Below are positions 11,692 to 23,918 of a stretch of 64,000 nucleotides of DNA, piece after piece (the stretch's first letter is position 1; the number at the start of each line of letters is the position of its first letter). The position numbers and the translations under genes are program-made. The notes under the pieces were generated by a model. That model did no database searches. It saw nothing but the letters and a program-made list of their open reading frames with translations, and was not told where the DNA came from. This DNA is from Puccinia triticina (Eukaryota), in contig CP110439.1 of the NCBI GenBank assembly GCA_026914245.1, positions 3,534,001 through 3,598,000 on the forward strand, in the 5' to 3' direction.

Positions 11692-12982
11692 CACCACCCG
11701 TAAGTGGGTGTGGTTTTCTCCGCAGCCACACCCAGTGGTTTTCCTGCGGAACTCGCGCGGCCCCCCGAAAACTTGTGTGGCCCCCGGACCCCCTAGCTGC
11801 ATATCATTCGGGGTGCTTAGGGGCGGACCGGTCATCAAGGCATACACCTTGATGACCGGAGCCAGCCGGTCATTGAGGTGTACAGGTGCCTTGATGACCG
11901 TGACCGGAGCCGACCGGTCATCTAGGCATACATCTCGATGACCGGCCAGCTGTATGGTCATTGAGGTTGTATAAAGGTACCTCAATGACCTTCTGAACGG
12001 TCATTGAGGTACACATAAACCTCGATGACCGGCCAGCCGGCTGGTCATTGAGGTAGAGCCGACCAATCATCAAGGCATAAACCTCGATGACCGGAGCCGG
12101 CCGTTCATCTGTATACCTTGATGACCATCTCAATTGAACGGTCATTGAGGTGTATGCCTTGATGACCGGTCGGCTCCGGTCATCAAGGACCTCGATGACC
12201 GGAGCCGGCCGGTCATTGAGGTGTACAGGTACCTTGATGACCGGAGCCGGCTGGTCATTGAGGTGTATGTATACCTCAATGACCATCTGAACGGTCATCA
12301 ACGTATGCATACACCTCGATGACCGGCCAGCTGGCTGGTCATTGAGGTACGTAGGTACCTTGATGACCGGAGCCGACCGTTCATCAACGCATACAACTCA
12401 ATGACCGTCTCAATTGATGAGAACGGTCATCGAGGTGTGGTATACAGATGACCGGCCGGCTCTGTTCATTGAGGTCCTTCCTTGATGACCGGATGACCGG
12501 AGCCAACCGGTCATCAAGGCATACACCTCAATGACCGTTCAATTGAGATGGTCATCGAGGTATACAGATGAACGGCCGGCTCCGGTCATCGAGGTTTATG
12601 CCTTGATGACTGGTCGGCTCTACCTCAATGACCAGCCAGCTGGCCGGTCATCAAGGTTCATGTATACCTCAATGACCGTTCAGATGGTCATTGAGGTACC
12701 TTTATACAAACTCAATGACCATTCAGCTGGCTGGTCATCGAGATGTATGCCTAGATGACCGGTTGGCTCCGGTCACAGTCATCAAGGCACCTGTACACCT
12801 CAATGACCAGCCGGCTCCGGTCATCGAGGTATGCCTTGATGACCGGTCCGCCCCTAAGCACCCCGAATGATATGCAGCTAGGGGGTCCGGGGGCCGCACA
12901 AGTTTTCGGCGGGCCGCGCGAGTTCCGCAGGAAAACCACTGGGTGTGGCTGCGGAGAAAACCACACCCATTAGCGGGTGGTG
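11692..12982 (+). mobile_element. Non-autonomous foldback TIR element (CACC...GGTG; CACTA/CMC-like) packed with GATGACCGG/GGTCAT repeats
   Basis: About 500-bp inverted arms starting CACCACCCG. Flanks TTA/TTG are a 3-bp TSD with one mismatch. Confidence 0.85.
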
Positions 12983-13169
12983 TTGCATGAGATGTGAGCC
13001 TCAGCGCTACATGACAGTGGCCGTGCCAATCAGCCATGTAAAATAATTGAAGCCTGGTAATACTGCCAATAAGTTTCATAAACCCTACTTGGGATTTTTA
13101 TGCAGCAACTTATTCCCACATATGACGCTGGGCCCTGCCAAACAGGGCCTAGAAGGCTTTTTTGAAAAT

Positions 13170-13295
13170 TCACCAGGAAAAATAAACTGTCACTAGACTA
13201 CAGGTGACATCAGCCTAAGTCCACTGAGCTACCCACCAGCTGCACAGTTGGCCGCATGGACAGCCCCCTCTAGGAAACAAAGGGGCCATTGTCAC
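13170..13295 (+). repeat. Dispersed repeat fragment, inverted copy of about 26440-26560
   Basis: CACCAGGAAAAAT...GGTGACATCAGC...GGAAACAAAGGGGCCATTGT is shared. Confidence 0.7.
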
Positions 13296-13429
13296 CCCAA
13301 TGTTTTTGGGGTAAGCAGGTCTGCACACCAATAAATTGGGGTACTCCAGAAGTGCACCCCAGTAATATTGGGGTGCACATGTGGGTACACCAAAATGTTG
13401 GTGGAAGTAAATTTTTGGGGTTGACCCTT

Positions 13430-15965
13430 TTTCTTCTCTTTTTCCTTTCTATCATCTTACTGACTACTCATCATTTGTATTTACAACCTACAGACATACT
13501 AGAGTATTAGGAGAGTTTTATGTGACCCTTTTGCTTGCTTGATTGCTATTGTGTACTTGTGCTTGCAAAGTGCAGAGCTTCATCACTTGTGTATTATTAC
13601 GCCATAGATCAGGCTCATTGTGGAGTGCTGAAGGCTAGCGGAATGTAGCAGTGCAGAGCCAAGACATCAATAATCACTCAGCCGGATATATACACCGCGG
13701 GGCGAATTCAAAAAGGCTGTGGCGCCACAATTGCGCGGCCGTATTCTTCAGCCCCCAAGACGCCACATGGACCACAATTTGCGCCACCATGGCGAACAGG
13801 TGGCGCCCCCACGGTGGCCCCCTGGGCACCACGGCCCTCAAAGCGGCACCAAGTCGCCGGCAAGACCATCAATTGACTCAGCGTCTGAGGGGCGGCCCCG
13901 GGGTCGCCCACCTTGCGCCCCCATCCAAGGCGGCTGTGAGACCATCACGCCCCGGAGACTTCATGGCTGTCCGCCCCCGCGGCGTCCCGGAAGCAACCCC
14001 TGGCGGACACCATGATGCGCTCAGGCCACACCCCAAGACATCATGGCTGCCTGTTCCCGTGGCAGCCTGAAGGCGACACCTGGCGGCCACCATGCTGCGC
14101 TTGGTCCCTGGAGAGCCTGGGCTAATGAGAGGCTCACCCGGATCCGGCCATGCCGGCCGTAGTTGCTCCTCCCTCCAGAGTTATGACTGATAAGCCAACA
14201 GTTCACCTCGGCCACATTATCCATGGGACCTGTTACAATGACCTCATCCTCCATGTTCCAGCCCTCACTCGCAAAAACATGGCTGCATTAACAACCAAGG
14301 CCTGATCATGTCATGGGGGATGGCAACCAGCTAATGTTGCTCGGCGGATAGCCCAACGGGCCAATGCCCAAGACCACGGTTAGTTATCCGGATGGCCGGA
14401 TGTGTAGTGGTTAGGTCTATGAGGACGGAGAGATTTGAAATTGCTGCGGATTGCACAGCAATCACAAACCTAACCATCACTGGGTGCATTAATCACCACT
14501 GAATCGCGGATGCAGGCTCATTGTTCCAGCCATCCGCACTCTCCCACGCCCGCTGAGGATGTTTGGCGCAGTCAATGGCCTCAGGTCCCCTCCCTGAATT
14601 TTTGGCGACGCCCCAGATCCCCCAGTGAGCCCGGCAGCGGTCCTGGTAGGTCACAACCCATTTTTTTTGTGCTTCATGCTGACTGACTGCCCCTGCGAAG
14701 TGCAGAGTCAAAACCAAGCAACCTTCAACGAACCCAGCCGGCAGCTGGATGGCTATGTCGGGACCCGTTTTCTACATGTGATGACAAAGGCCTCAGGGAT
14801 CCCACCCGCGCCAGAAGAAGTGGACCAACTCTATGAAACAGTGAGTGTGAGCTCCTATCCCCCCCCTCACTCCCATTTTATGCCTTTTGTTTAATCCTCA
14901 TATCACTATTCCCCTTACCCCCCAGCTTACAGAGGCAGAAAAATGCAGGGTTGCGGTCTTGTCCGGCGTATTATGGTCGGCGTGGGTGACCGCACCTTTT
15001 GACAACAACGACGGTGGCGCACCCAGCCCCATCCCCAGAGGTACCACTGACCCTTTTTACGGCCGTTGGGCCGCGGTCATGACCACATAATCAGACAACT
15101 TTTATGCGCAGGCGGCCACAGCTATTTTTATTCCCCGCCATTTCCAACAACAATCTTCTCCTCTATCTCGCAACTTGCGAGATCAATCCAGACAATCAAA
15201 AAAATGTTATTGGTTGTTTCTTTATGGCCAACGGGCCGTGGTCATGACCACATAGTTAGACAAACTTTACCCTTTTCACTGCGCAGGCAGCCACAGCTAT
15301 TTGTATTTCCCGTCATTTCACTGATCATGCAATGAAATCCTGAGTTAGTTTCACCCATCATGTTGCCCGCGCGGGCTGCCCCCGCACCACCATCCCCAGT
15401 GTTGTTTGAGCTGAGCCCCAATTGCCCACTGCTGCCTGGTCGAGGCGGCCTGCTTTTAGGTGGCAATTGGCCCAATTCATAGCTCCTGGGGTCGCAGCTA
15501 CGTACGCCTACAAACCTTGGATGACCCACACATGGCTCGCATGTGACGCCCTTGTCCCATCTGCCACTGCGCCACCGCTGACACCTCGGGCACAACCCCT
15601 TAACCACGCCCCACCGCCCTCACGTCGACCCCGGGCCCCCCCTCCAGTCATACCTGGCACGGTCCCCGGGCGTCCATAGGGCCGCCGACAACCAGCCTGC
15701 CGGCGCCAGGGGGCCGTCACTTTGACGCCCTCAGGGGAGCTACCGCCCATGGGGCGTCACCTTGTGGCGTGGTGTGGATGTATCCGATGGCGCCCCCAAA
15801 GGATATGGTCATAGCGCGGCACTGAGGCGTCTTCTGACATGCGGGGTCCATGGGGCGCCACGGATGCCGCCACTTTGACGCCCCACTCGCCCCGCGGTGT
15901 ACATTCTTGAAGAAGGTGGAAGTGGTCATTTCTAAGCACTTCCCAACCTTTATTCTCACAGCGTG
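13430..15965 (+). repeat. Unclassified dispersed repeat (13430-13692 and 15900-15965), split by a TIR element; inverted paralog at about 41625-41830 and 42550-42660
   Basis: GTGCAGAGCCAAGACA.CAATAATCACTCAGCC...ATTCTTGAAGAAGG...GTGGTCATTTCTA is contiguous in the paralog. Confidence 0.75.
13693..15899 (+). mobile_element. 2.2-kb non-autonomous TIR element (CACCGCGGGGCGA termini, TA TSD)
   Basis: Perfect 13-bp TIR, TA on both sides, an empty-site paralog near 41690 and GC-rich GGCGCC subterminal repeats. Confidence 0.88.
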
Positions 15966-16583
15966 AAGTAATTGTAGGGGGAAGACACCGGAAGGATGGG
16001 AAAAAACTCCCACCAAAAGGGTGAAAAACCTCACGCCAAAATCTTGTGATTACCTGCAAGTCCCTCCTTCGCCGGAGGAGGTTGCGCTTCGCGCCAGCCC
16101 AGGGCCCCCGAAGCGAGGGACTTGTGATAAGTCAGGGCTATGGATGGCTTGTAATGTAACGCTTCGATGAACGTGGGGGGGTCCTATCCTCCCCAGCACA
16201 GTATTCAATTTTTTGGGTGTAGTATCAACACAGCTGTACTGCCAGATTACGCGTAATCCAACATACTATGTACGTAGCTACGACTGAGTTGCTGCAGCTA
16301 CATATGCGGGAGCTTTTTGGTGCAGTGTTTGGGGAAGGCTGAAACATGTATGTACCATTCCTGTTGCAAGTTTCACCCTTGCCCATCTGCATGAAACAGG
16401 CAAGGCGATCACGTCTTTTTGTCCGTAATTTACGTGTAAACGGACAAAGCGGCAAGGCGATCCCGCTATTTTGTCCGTTTGTGTGTAAACGGACAAAATA
16501 CATAGCAAGGCGATGTGGCTCAACTTGAACTCGTCGTGATCTCAGAGTGTTCAACAGACAGATAAATTCGCTACATTCAAATC

Positions 16584-19149
16584 ATGCTCGTTCCACGTGC
16601 AGGGAAACGAGCCCTACTTTATCTTTTAATATCAACTAGGGGGTTATCCTGTGAAAAGCAACTCAACGTAACAAAGAATAGGATACGAACTTGGGGTGCT
16701 CGCGGTGAGCAGATCTCATCTAATTTCTCACCAACATTGGTTTCTGCTAGTTTCTGCACAGAAAAGCATATCTGAGGTTTAATTTCAATGTTGTTTTGAT
16801 TCTGACCGCCAGTATTCGACATTGACAACGAGCCTTGCCATAAGATTCCCTTGACACCTGCTTTGTGGTCTCAACTTCGAATGAACGATTATCTGGACAA
16901 TTACCCCGGCGGGTCAAAGATAACTTTGCAGGTAAAGAAAGAAGACTCCCCTCATACACGACAAAATGCATGCAAGAACATCACTCCGTTACTCCGAAAA
17001 AGCTCACCGATTGATTAATACGACTTTCTTCTGCACTCCGATGTGGGGTAACTTCTCAGGAGTACGCCAGTCATGTGGGGGCGACAGATTTCTCAGCTGG
17101 GATTGGCGAGCATCCACACAGTGGCCAGGTCAGTTTCTGTGCAGAATTGACAACGCAGATGAGAAAAAAATATTAGACTGAATGAAGCTTACTTATTTGT
17201 GGGGGGGGGGGACTACCTCCAGCTGTGTGAAGCCGTGAAAGGTCGAGATTGGTATGCGCTCGTGGCAGCTCAGAATTGGAACTCATTTGTCAACAGTCTA
17301 TATGATTCTGCCGGTTACGCGTCAGTGATTTTCAGCTTCCTCAATCTGCGCGTGTGTGTAAACGGTAGCAGCTTCTCTTGATGTATTTTCTAACGTCTTC
17401 AAATATCTGCTGTTAAACAATGATTCATCATCCCTCAGCTTTGGAACAATGTCAGGTATGAGCCGTCTTTGCAGATTTTTACAGAAGAATAAGCTGAAAT
17501 GGTATGTGTTATAGGTATCATACCCGAGATGGTAAATCCAGTTATTTAATGTCATGAATAGGTATAAAACCTGCCTATAGCTTAACTTGATTATTATCTA
17601 TGAATGTGGCTTAGTTGATTGACTTCGAAAAAGATCCGAGTAGGGTGTATGAGACTGCGGTAAGTTTTTTTCTGCATCCTCTTCATTTCAACACATTTTG
17701 ATCGGAAGTTCCATGATTTTTCCCACTCTTCCAGGCGGCTTATGTGGGGCTTGTCACCACTTGGGTGACCTCCTTCCCGGGATGTATATTTAATTCCTGG
17801 GCTCCGATTACCAGCACAATGTTTGCCTCCTGGGGAGAAATTGCATGGGTTTCATTCGCAGGGGGGATGTATGTCTCTACTGCGTTTGCTTTTATAAACT
17901 CGGTCATATTTGTTGGAACTGGTGAGGATCGTTTCACAAGGGTAAGTATCCAGCTCTCTGGTGTTATTTAGCATCAAAGATTCACGCTTATGTATCTTCC
18001 GCATTCTACTACAGGGAGCAAACATAGCCGCAATGATGGCTCAAGCTCAACAAGCGGTCCATTCAACTATCTCCAATATCACCCAAAATGTCATAAATTC
18101 ACCAATCAGTTATCTTGAGGGTCTTGCCGGGATAAATCGCGATGGAAGTTTTCTCAACGAGGTACCATCTAATTTCCAGAACAAATTACAAAGAGAGTTG
18201 GAGCTTGCTTTGAAATTGAAATCATTGGCAAAGTTCTGGAGAGTCCAGGTGAGGAGAAATTCACCAATTTTGATGGCCATGTTTCTTGATTTGATGAATT
18301 GGGGATTCTTTTGATTTCTTCAGAATGCCTTCATTGTCCGCGGTAGTGTATGTGTTAATTCTTCTAGAGAAATATTCTAGGAGATTAGATTGGTCAATCC
18401 GCTTACAAAATCACCCATTAATTCTGCCTCATCAGGATCCTTGTATCTACTCAGGAGTCAATGGGGCTTTTGATGATGCTGACAAGCTATCATACTGCGG
18501 GGAAGATGAAATGTGAGTATGAATGTTCATTTGCACTAATTATCTAAAACAAGAGTATATGCCATGAACTAACCCAAAAGATAAAAACAAACATAAAATA
18601 TTATAGAATGATGAACATTGTCAGGGCAGAAAAAAATGGAAATGGATATGATCCAACCATTTATCATGCTTCTTTGGTTGAATCAAAGTATGGATATTCT
18701 TCCAAGTTCTTGACAACTTTGGCCTGGGAGTGTCAGTCAAAATATGGTGTATTTGAGTATGATTGGAGTTCTTACCACAACAGCAGGTATGTGTTCATGT
18801 TGAAAAAATTGCAATTTAATGCTATTGGATGCTAAACTTGATGATTTGTCCTATCATGAAGTACCACCAACCAATCAGAGCTGAGGAATCTTTCCCAGGC
18901 AGGAGACTGCTATTTCAATCTTCCTGTATGTGACTTAACCCACCCTGGTAAGCTTTTGATCCCATTTTCCCCTACTACTCATACCAATCCCCTGAAATTT
19001 CACAAGTGAGTTAATGGAACCAATACCTCCCATCAAAATATTGTTTATCATATGTTGATCAAAACAATAAAGACATCAAAATTCTAAGATCTACCACCAA
19101 CAAAACTTTGACTCAGATCTGCCGGGAGGCTGGAGGATTGCCAATATGA
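16584..19149 (+). CDS. Multi-exon, probably secreted Cys-containing protein (resembles a rust-fungal family recalled as DUF7872-like; unverified)
   Basis: GT-AG-bounded exons give MLVPRAGKRALLYLLI..., PCHKIPLTPALWSQLRMNDYLDNYPGGSKITLQ, EYASHVGATDFSAGIGE, LCEAVKGRDWY, LAWECQSKYG, CYFNLPVCDL and ICREAGGLPI*. Not all internal exons resolved. Confidence 0.75.
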
Positions 19150-19640
19150 CTGTTACTGGATATTACAATAAAAAGATCTATGATTCATTACATGGGATCA
19201 TCAAATGTAGTATAAATTTTTGTAATAATTGTATATCCATTAGGGGGGTTCACGATTGGATAAAACGTTTCTGGTGAACCCCTAAAAATTTTCTTGCTGG
19301 TGGATATTCACACTTAAATTAAGCATAAAATCCCAACACAAACAACCACCAGAAGCAATAAACCGCTACTGGTCATCCCCCCGCCATCATAAAAATTTAG
19401 ATAAAGCTACAAGTGCGGCTCCCACATCAGACCCCCCCCTCACCCGATTCCGGCAATACCACCATTTCCAACAGTCAAAGTCACACCTCTGACACCCCGT
19501 TGCCGTTTCACCCACCTCGATTGATCTTTTTTTTCGGCTCAGTTTTCCCAAATGAGCATATCCAGTCAGGTACATACATCTCCATTCCCATCCCTTTTGA
19601 TCATCACTCACCCCCGACTGATCCCTTTCCCAAACGTTAG

Positions 19641-21087
19641 TTGGATCCGAGCTTGTTTGATAGCCCATCCGGCCTGTCTCCCAACGTATCCGACCTCCGC
19701 CTCCAATCCAATTGTAGCCCGTCGCTCTCGCTGAACGCCATTTCAATGTCAGGCACCAGATCTCAATCGCCTCCCCTGGACCCTGCCCCAGCAAGTGGGA
19801 AGCCAAAACGGGCCCGCAGGACTAAAGCGCAGATGATCGCACATTGGGCGCAGCTTGCTTGAGCCGAGGCAGAAGAGGCAAGAATCAAGACTCACGGGGT
19901 CGCCGATAGGTACAAAGGCAAAGGCGGAAAAAAGAATGCCCCCCGCTCTTGTAACCCTTGCCGTACTTCTCAACCGTTGAAACGTGTGACCACCCCGATC
20001 TCAACTCCGATTCCGCAGGGATCTGCCCCACCTGCATCCCAGACGACTGGCTCGGACGCTAACCCGCCGTTCGTGACTGAAGACTACAAGCATGTATGCT
20101 CTTACCTCAAGGAGGAGGCCAACTATACCCGCTTGTATGGAGATGGGGCCAAGACGGTGGTTGGCACAACCAAGGTCACAAAGGCGGCGGCGTACAACAT
20201 GTTTGCGATCTACATTAACGATAAGTCTAACTCCCGCCTGCATCTCACCGGGTCCCAGCTCCGCCAACGAATCGATGGCTACAAGAAGAGGTTTGCGAAG
20301 GCCAAAGCGTGGGCCGATAATACCGGCGCTGGGATAGAAGAGGGTGAAGACCTACCTACTCTGGCCGAGATCCTCGAGAGTAAGTGCCCGTGCTACGAAC
20401 GGATGTACTCAATCTTTGGAGGAAAGGCAAACATCACCCCGTTGGCCGAGTTCGACTCCATGACAGGAGGCAATCTTTATGATGGCTCCGATGAATCCGA
20501 TGCTCCTCAGTCCACTCAGTAGATCTTCTATTCGGGCTGGGATGAGACTCAAGACGAGCTGCCCCCCTCGGGCATCATCACCCCAAACATCCGGCCTCTT
20601 CAAGATACGCTTGCACGACCTATTGACGGCCCGAACTTGGTTGGTGAGGATGAAGAGCTCCCTCCGCCCCTTGATTTCAGTGGGACTGCAGCATATCCCT
20701 CCCCGAGCTTGATATCTCAGCGTTCAATCCATCAAGCGACACATGGCAGTGCGGCCCCGAGTGCCGATCAATCTGCGGCCGACGAGGCGGCGTCAGCTGG
20801 CCGCTGGGCGTTCGCTAATCAACAATCAGCTGATTTGACTCCGGTGGGACCCAATCGCAGCAATCAAAGCAAATCCAAGAGTCTTGCCTCCGCCTTCGAA
20901 AGCGCCAACACGGAGAAATTCGCTCACCTCAAAGAGCACATGTCCTGGGATAAGGAGAGGGAGCGCAATCACCTTCAGCATGAAACTAACATTGGCACAG
21001 GCAAGGATGGAAAGTGCGCGCGAGTTCATAGGTCAGGGCAAAAGCGCCGCCGAGGTTGAGGCGCTTTTGAAGGTTATTTATGGATAA
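19641..21087 (+). pseudogene. Harbinger accessory (Myb/SANT-like) protein, disrupted
   Basis: LTGSQLRQRIDGYKKRF...TGAGI...CPCYERMYSIFG. Stops at 19860 and 20520 and a frameshift near 20990. Confidence 0.75.
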
Positions 21088-21725
21088 AGCCGAGTGGTTT
21101 GTCACTCTTGTTCCCTCTTGACATATCACTTCCACACAGACTAATACTGATATGTTATTGGCGGCCCTCTCAGTTTGTGTAGCGGTCTCTCTTCACGCAA
21201 GGGAGGACGGATTCCCTCCCACGCTTGATATTTGCCAAATTTTAGATATGCCCCCCGCCCAACTATCTGTGTAGTCATCCGATCCCCTCTCCCTTCACCT
21301 GCTGTGGTTTTAGCGGTCTCTCTTGACGCGAGGGATGGCAGATTCCCTCCCACAAATGATATTGGATCCTATCTCCCTTCACCTACACCGGGCGCATGTC
21401 TGCCCTATATGATCTGGCGCCAGCTCCTTATGTTTTCTCTTATTTGATATGCTTTCCTATCCGTCTGAATACCACATCCTGTTTGTTGGCTCCCTTGGAA
21501 AATAAATCATATTACTCGCTTGGACGGAATCAAAGTCGTCCATCATACATGATGATGAGAGTGACTCAGGGGCCAACAAATTAACCCAAGCCACATCAAG
21601 CCACATCCAAACACACAGCTCAGTTGTGGTTTGGACAAGCTGTATTGCCTGGAGGTGGTCGCCTAGGCTATATAACCTACTCCAGAGCTCTTCCTCTCAC
21701 CAGCTCCCAGGAACCCGCGGCAAAA

Positions 21726-22428
21726 ATGGCGATTAGGCATCGACGTACCCCCCCCAATCGCACTCACAGAGAACCCAGAAGAGCCTCATGGTCTAACGAT
21801 GGCATCAACGGCGGGCCATCCAGCTTGATGATTCTCCTTGACTGGCTCGCGGTACCTGGCAACTACGACCGATGGAGGGGCGAGGGCCGTTTGTGGTTTG
21901 ACCGGGCAAACCAAGAGCTGGTGACCAATGAGATTCGAGGGATCATGCTTGATCATAATATCTGACGAGATAATAGAGGTAATAACAGAAATCCCTGTTC
22001 TTACCTACCCGTACAAGCTGAAGTGACGAAGTGTTGGGCATATGTAGCTATAATCGATTGAATCCAATACCTTCAAAGGAGTTACCAGATAGCTCGTGAT
22101 TTCATGGCCCAAAGCCAAGATGAGCTTTATGCCAGCCTAGGCGATGAGGGTATGTGGATCCTTCGGAGTGAGTTTCTCCAGGAAGTCCCTACACAGCCCG
22201 GCGCAAGGACTGATGAAATATGGCCTTGCTACCTCAGACTATACACTCCAACGATGTCCGCATTGGGATGTTCTGCATTCAGTTATGCGTCAAGAAACCC
22301 TTAGGGATTTTGTACGCGTGTACCGGCAAGGGAGAGGCTCATCCAACAATGAATCTCAACAAGTCATGCCTGAAAGGGCAGACCACGAGGACGGCAACGA
22401 CTCAGATGCTACTACTATAAGCTCCTGA
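21726..22428 (+). pseudogene. Second accessory (Myb-like) gene with two introns, disrupted
   Basis: SWSNDGINGGPSSLMILLDWL...GNYDRWRG...RCPHWDVLHSVM. Introns 21979-22047 and about 22168-22238. TGA stops at 21963 and 22059. Confidence 0.7.
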
Positions 22429-22563
22429 AAAAGAAATACATTTAATGTATTTAATCTAACCTCCTCCCCATAACAGCCCTACTGGTTATGAAATAAATCA
22501 CAAGAAATAAAAACGTGAAAGAGGAACAAAAAGAGAAGGAGGGGATACCAATAGTGAGCAGAA

Positions 22564-23918
22564 TCACAACGGCAATACTCCAAGGGAGTAATTGGTCTGA
22601 AGACAACAAGACTGTACACTATTGCGATGAGATCTTGCGGAGTCATCGTTCGAGTTTTCCGCTGGATGAGAATCTTCAGCCGGGGTATCCAAGACGTCCC
22701 AAGAATCGCCTAGACTAGCGAGCATGTTGTGCAGAGTGACACAACAGTGGACCCATTGGATTATTTGTTTCATGTCCGATGGCTTTTGGATCGCCAGTTG
22801 TAAGTGCTGGAGGGAGGCCCATCGGCCCTTGAGGATCCCAATTGTGTGCTCGTTTCAAACGCGGGACCTCGCCAAGCAGTAATTAAATTCTGTGTTCTCC
22901 TTGATGTATGCGGCGGGTGCCTTGTACGCCGGGATGCAATGGCGACTCAATTCATAGGCCGAGTCGGCAATGAGGTACTGGCCTGCTTGCAAGAATGTGG
23001 TCAGTATTAGTTTAACCACAACCACATGTCACATGATACCTCACCTGGGTCAAAATGAGCCTTGGGCTCTGACCAGAGCTTCATTTTCTTGAATACTAGG
23101 CTATCCCCGCAGGAGCCGGGCCAACCGGTCATGTACGCCGTGATGTACCGATCGCAGTCGCAGACTATCTGGCAGTTGATCGAGTAACGTTTTTTTTGAT
23201 CAAAAAACACCTCGCCATCGATGCTTGGGCGCTGGTAGAGGGGGATGGTTGTGCCATCAACAAAGCCAACACAGCCTTTGAAGCCTTCAGCCTTCATAAC
23301 GTCGGAGATCTCCCTTCGTCTGTTCGCATCCGGCCATATCAAGTGAGAACCAGACAAGTCGTTGATCGCGCGAACCACCCGGCGAGTAATTTTGACAACC
23401 GTTCCACGGCCCACGCAGAGGTTCCTGGCAAATCTTCCCACCGAGGCCCCATTGCCGTTGGAACCAAGCCTTTCAAGGGTGAGGGCTAACTGGTGAGGTA
23501 TTGGGAGCTGTTGTCGAGGGCTGTTGCTCTGGAAGATCGGGTTAGCGTATATCTTTTCAAGAAGCCACACGAAGCCCGATTGCGTCGTTCGGACCGCTTG
23601 TTTGAAATCTTCGTCCCTCATCTCAAACAGGCGCACCAAATTGTATTCGTCGTGTGTCTTTCCCGGCGATCGAGTGTGCAAGTACCGGTTACTGAGCACC
23701 AAGCCGAGCATATCAGATATGGTTTCTTCATCCTCGAAAAGGAGTTCCAACACCAAAGCGTGCCCGGGATCGTCAGGAGCCACCGTCGCGCCAAGGGAAG
23801 GGACCGTTGGTATCCTCAAGATAGAATCAAGCATGTCGTCAGTCTCTTGATGATGAAGGAAGATGATCATCATGAACAGGTCACGAATGACCTGTTGCCG
23901 CTCGCTATACTTGTGCAT
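22564..23918 (-). pseudogene. PIF/Harbinger DDE transposase, intron 22983-23044, premature TGA at 22855-22857
   Basis: GFVDGT, YSINCQIVCD, GWPGSCGD, YLIADSAY, RV*NEHTIGILKGRW, CVTLHN. Confidence 0.93.

Noticed and set aside
11614..11700. Calling the 78-bp repeat a functional tRNA
   Set aside because: T stem and acceptor stem do not pair and no clean anticodon arm is identifiable; only the promoter-box resemblance is supported.
11820..12850. CRISPR-like repeat/spacer appearance of the GATGACC arrays (also 46.5-47.1 and 48.7-49.3 kb)
   Set aside because: Units are degenerate, in both orientations and lack unique spacers. The context is eukaryotic with no cas genes, and two arrays are bounded by TIRs and TSDs.
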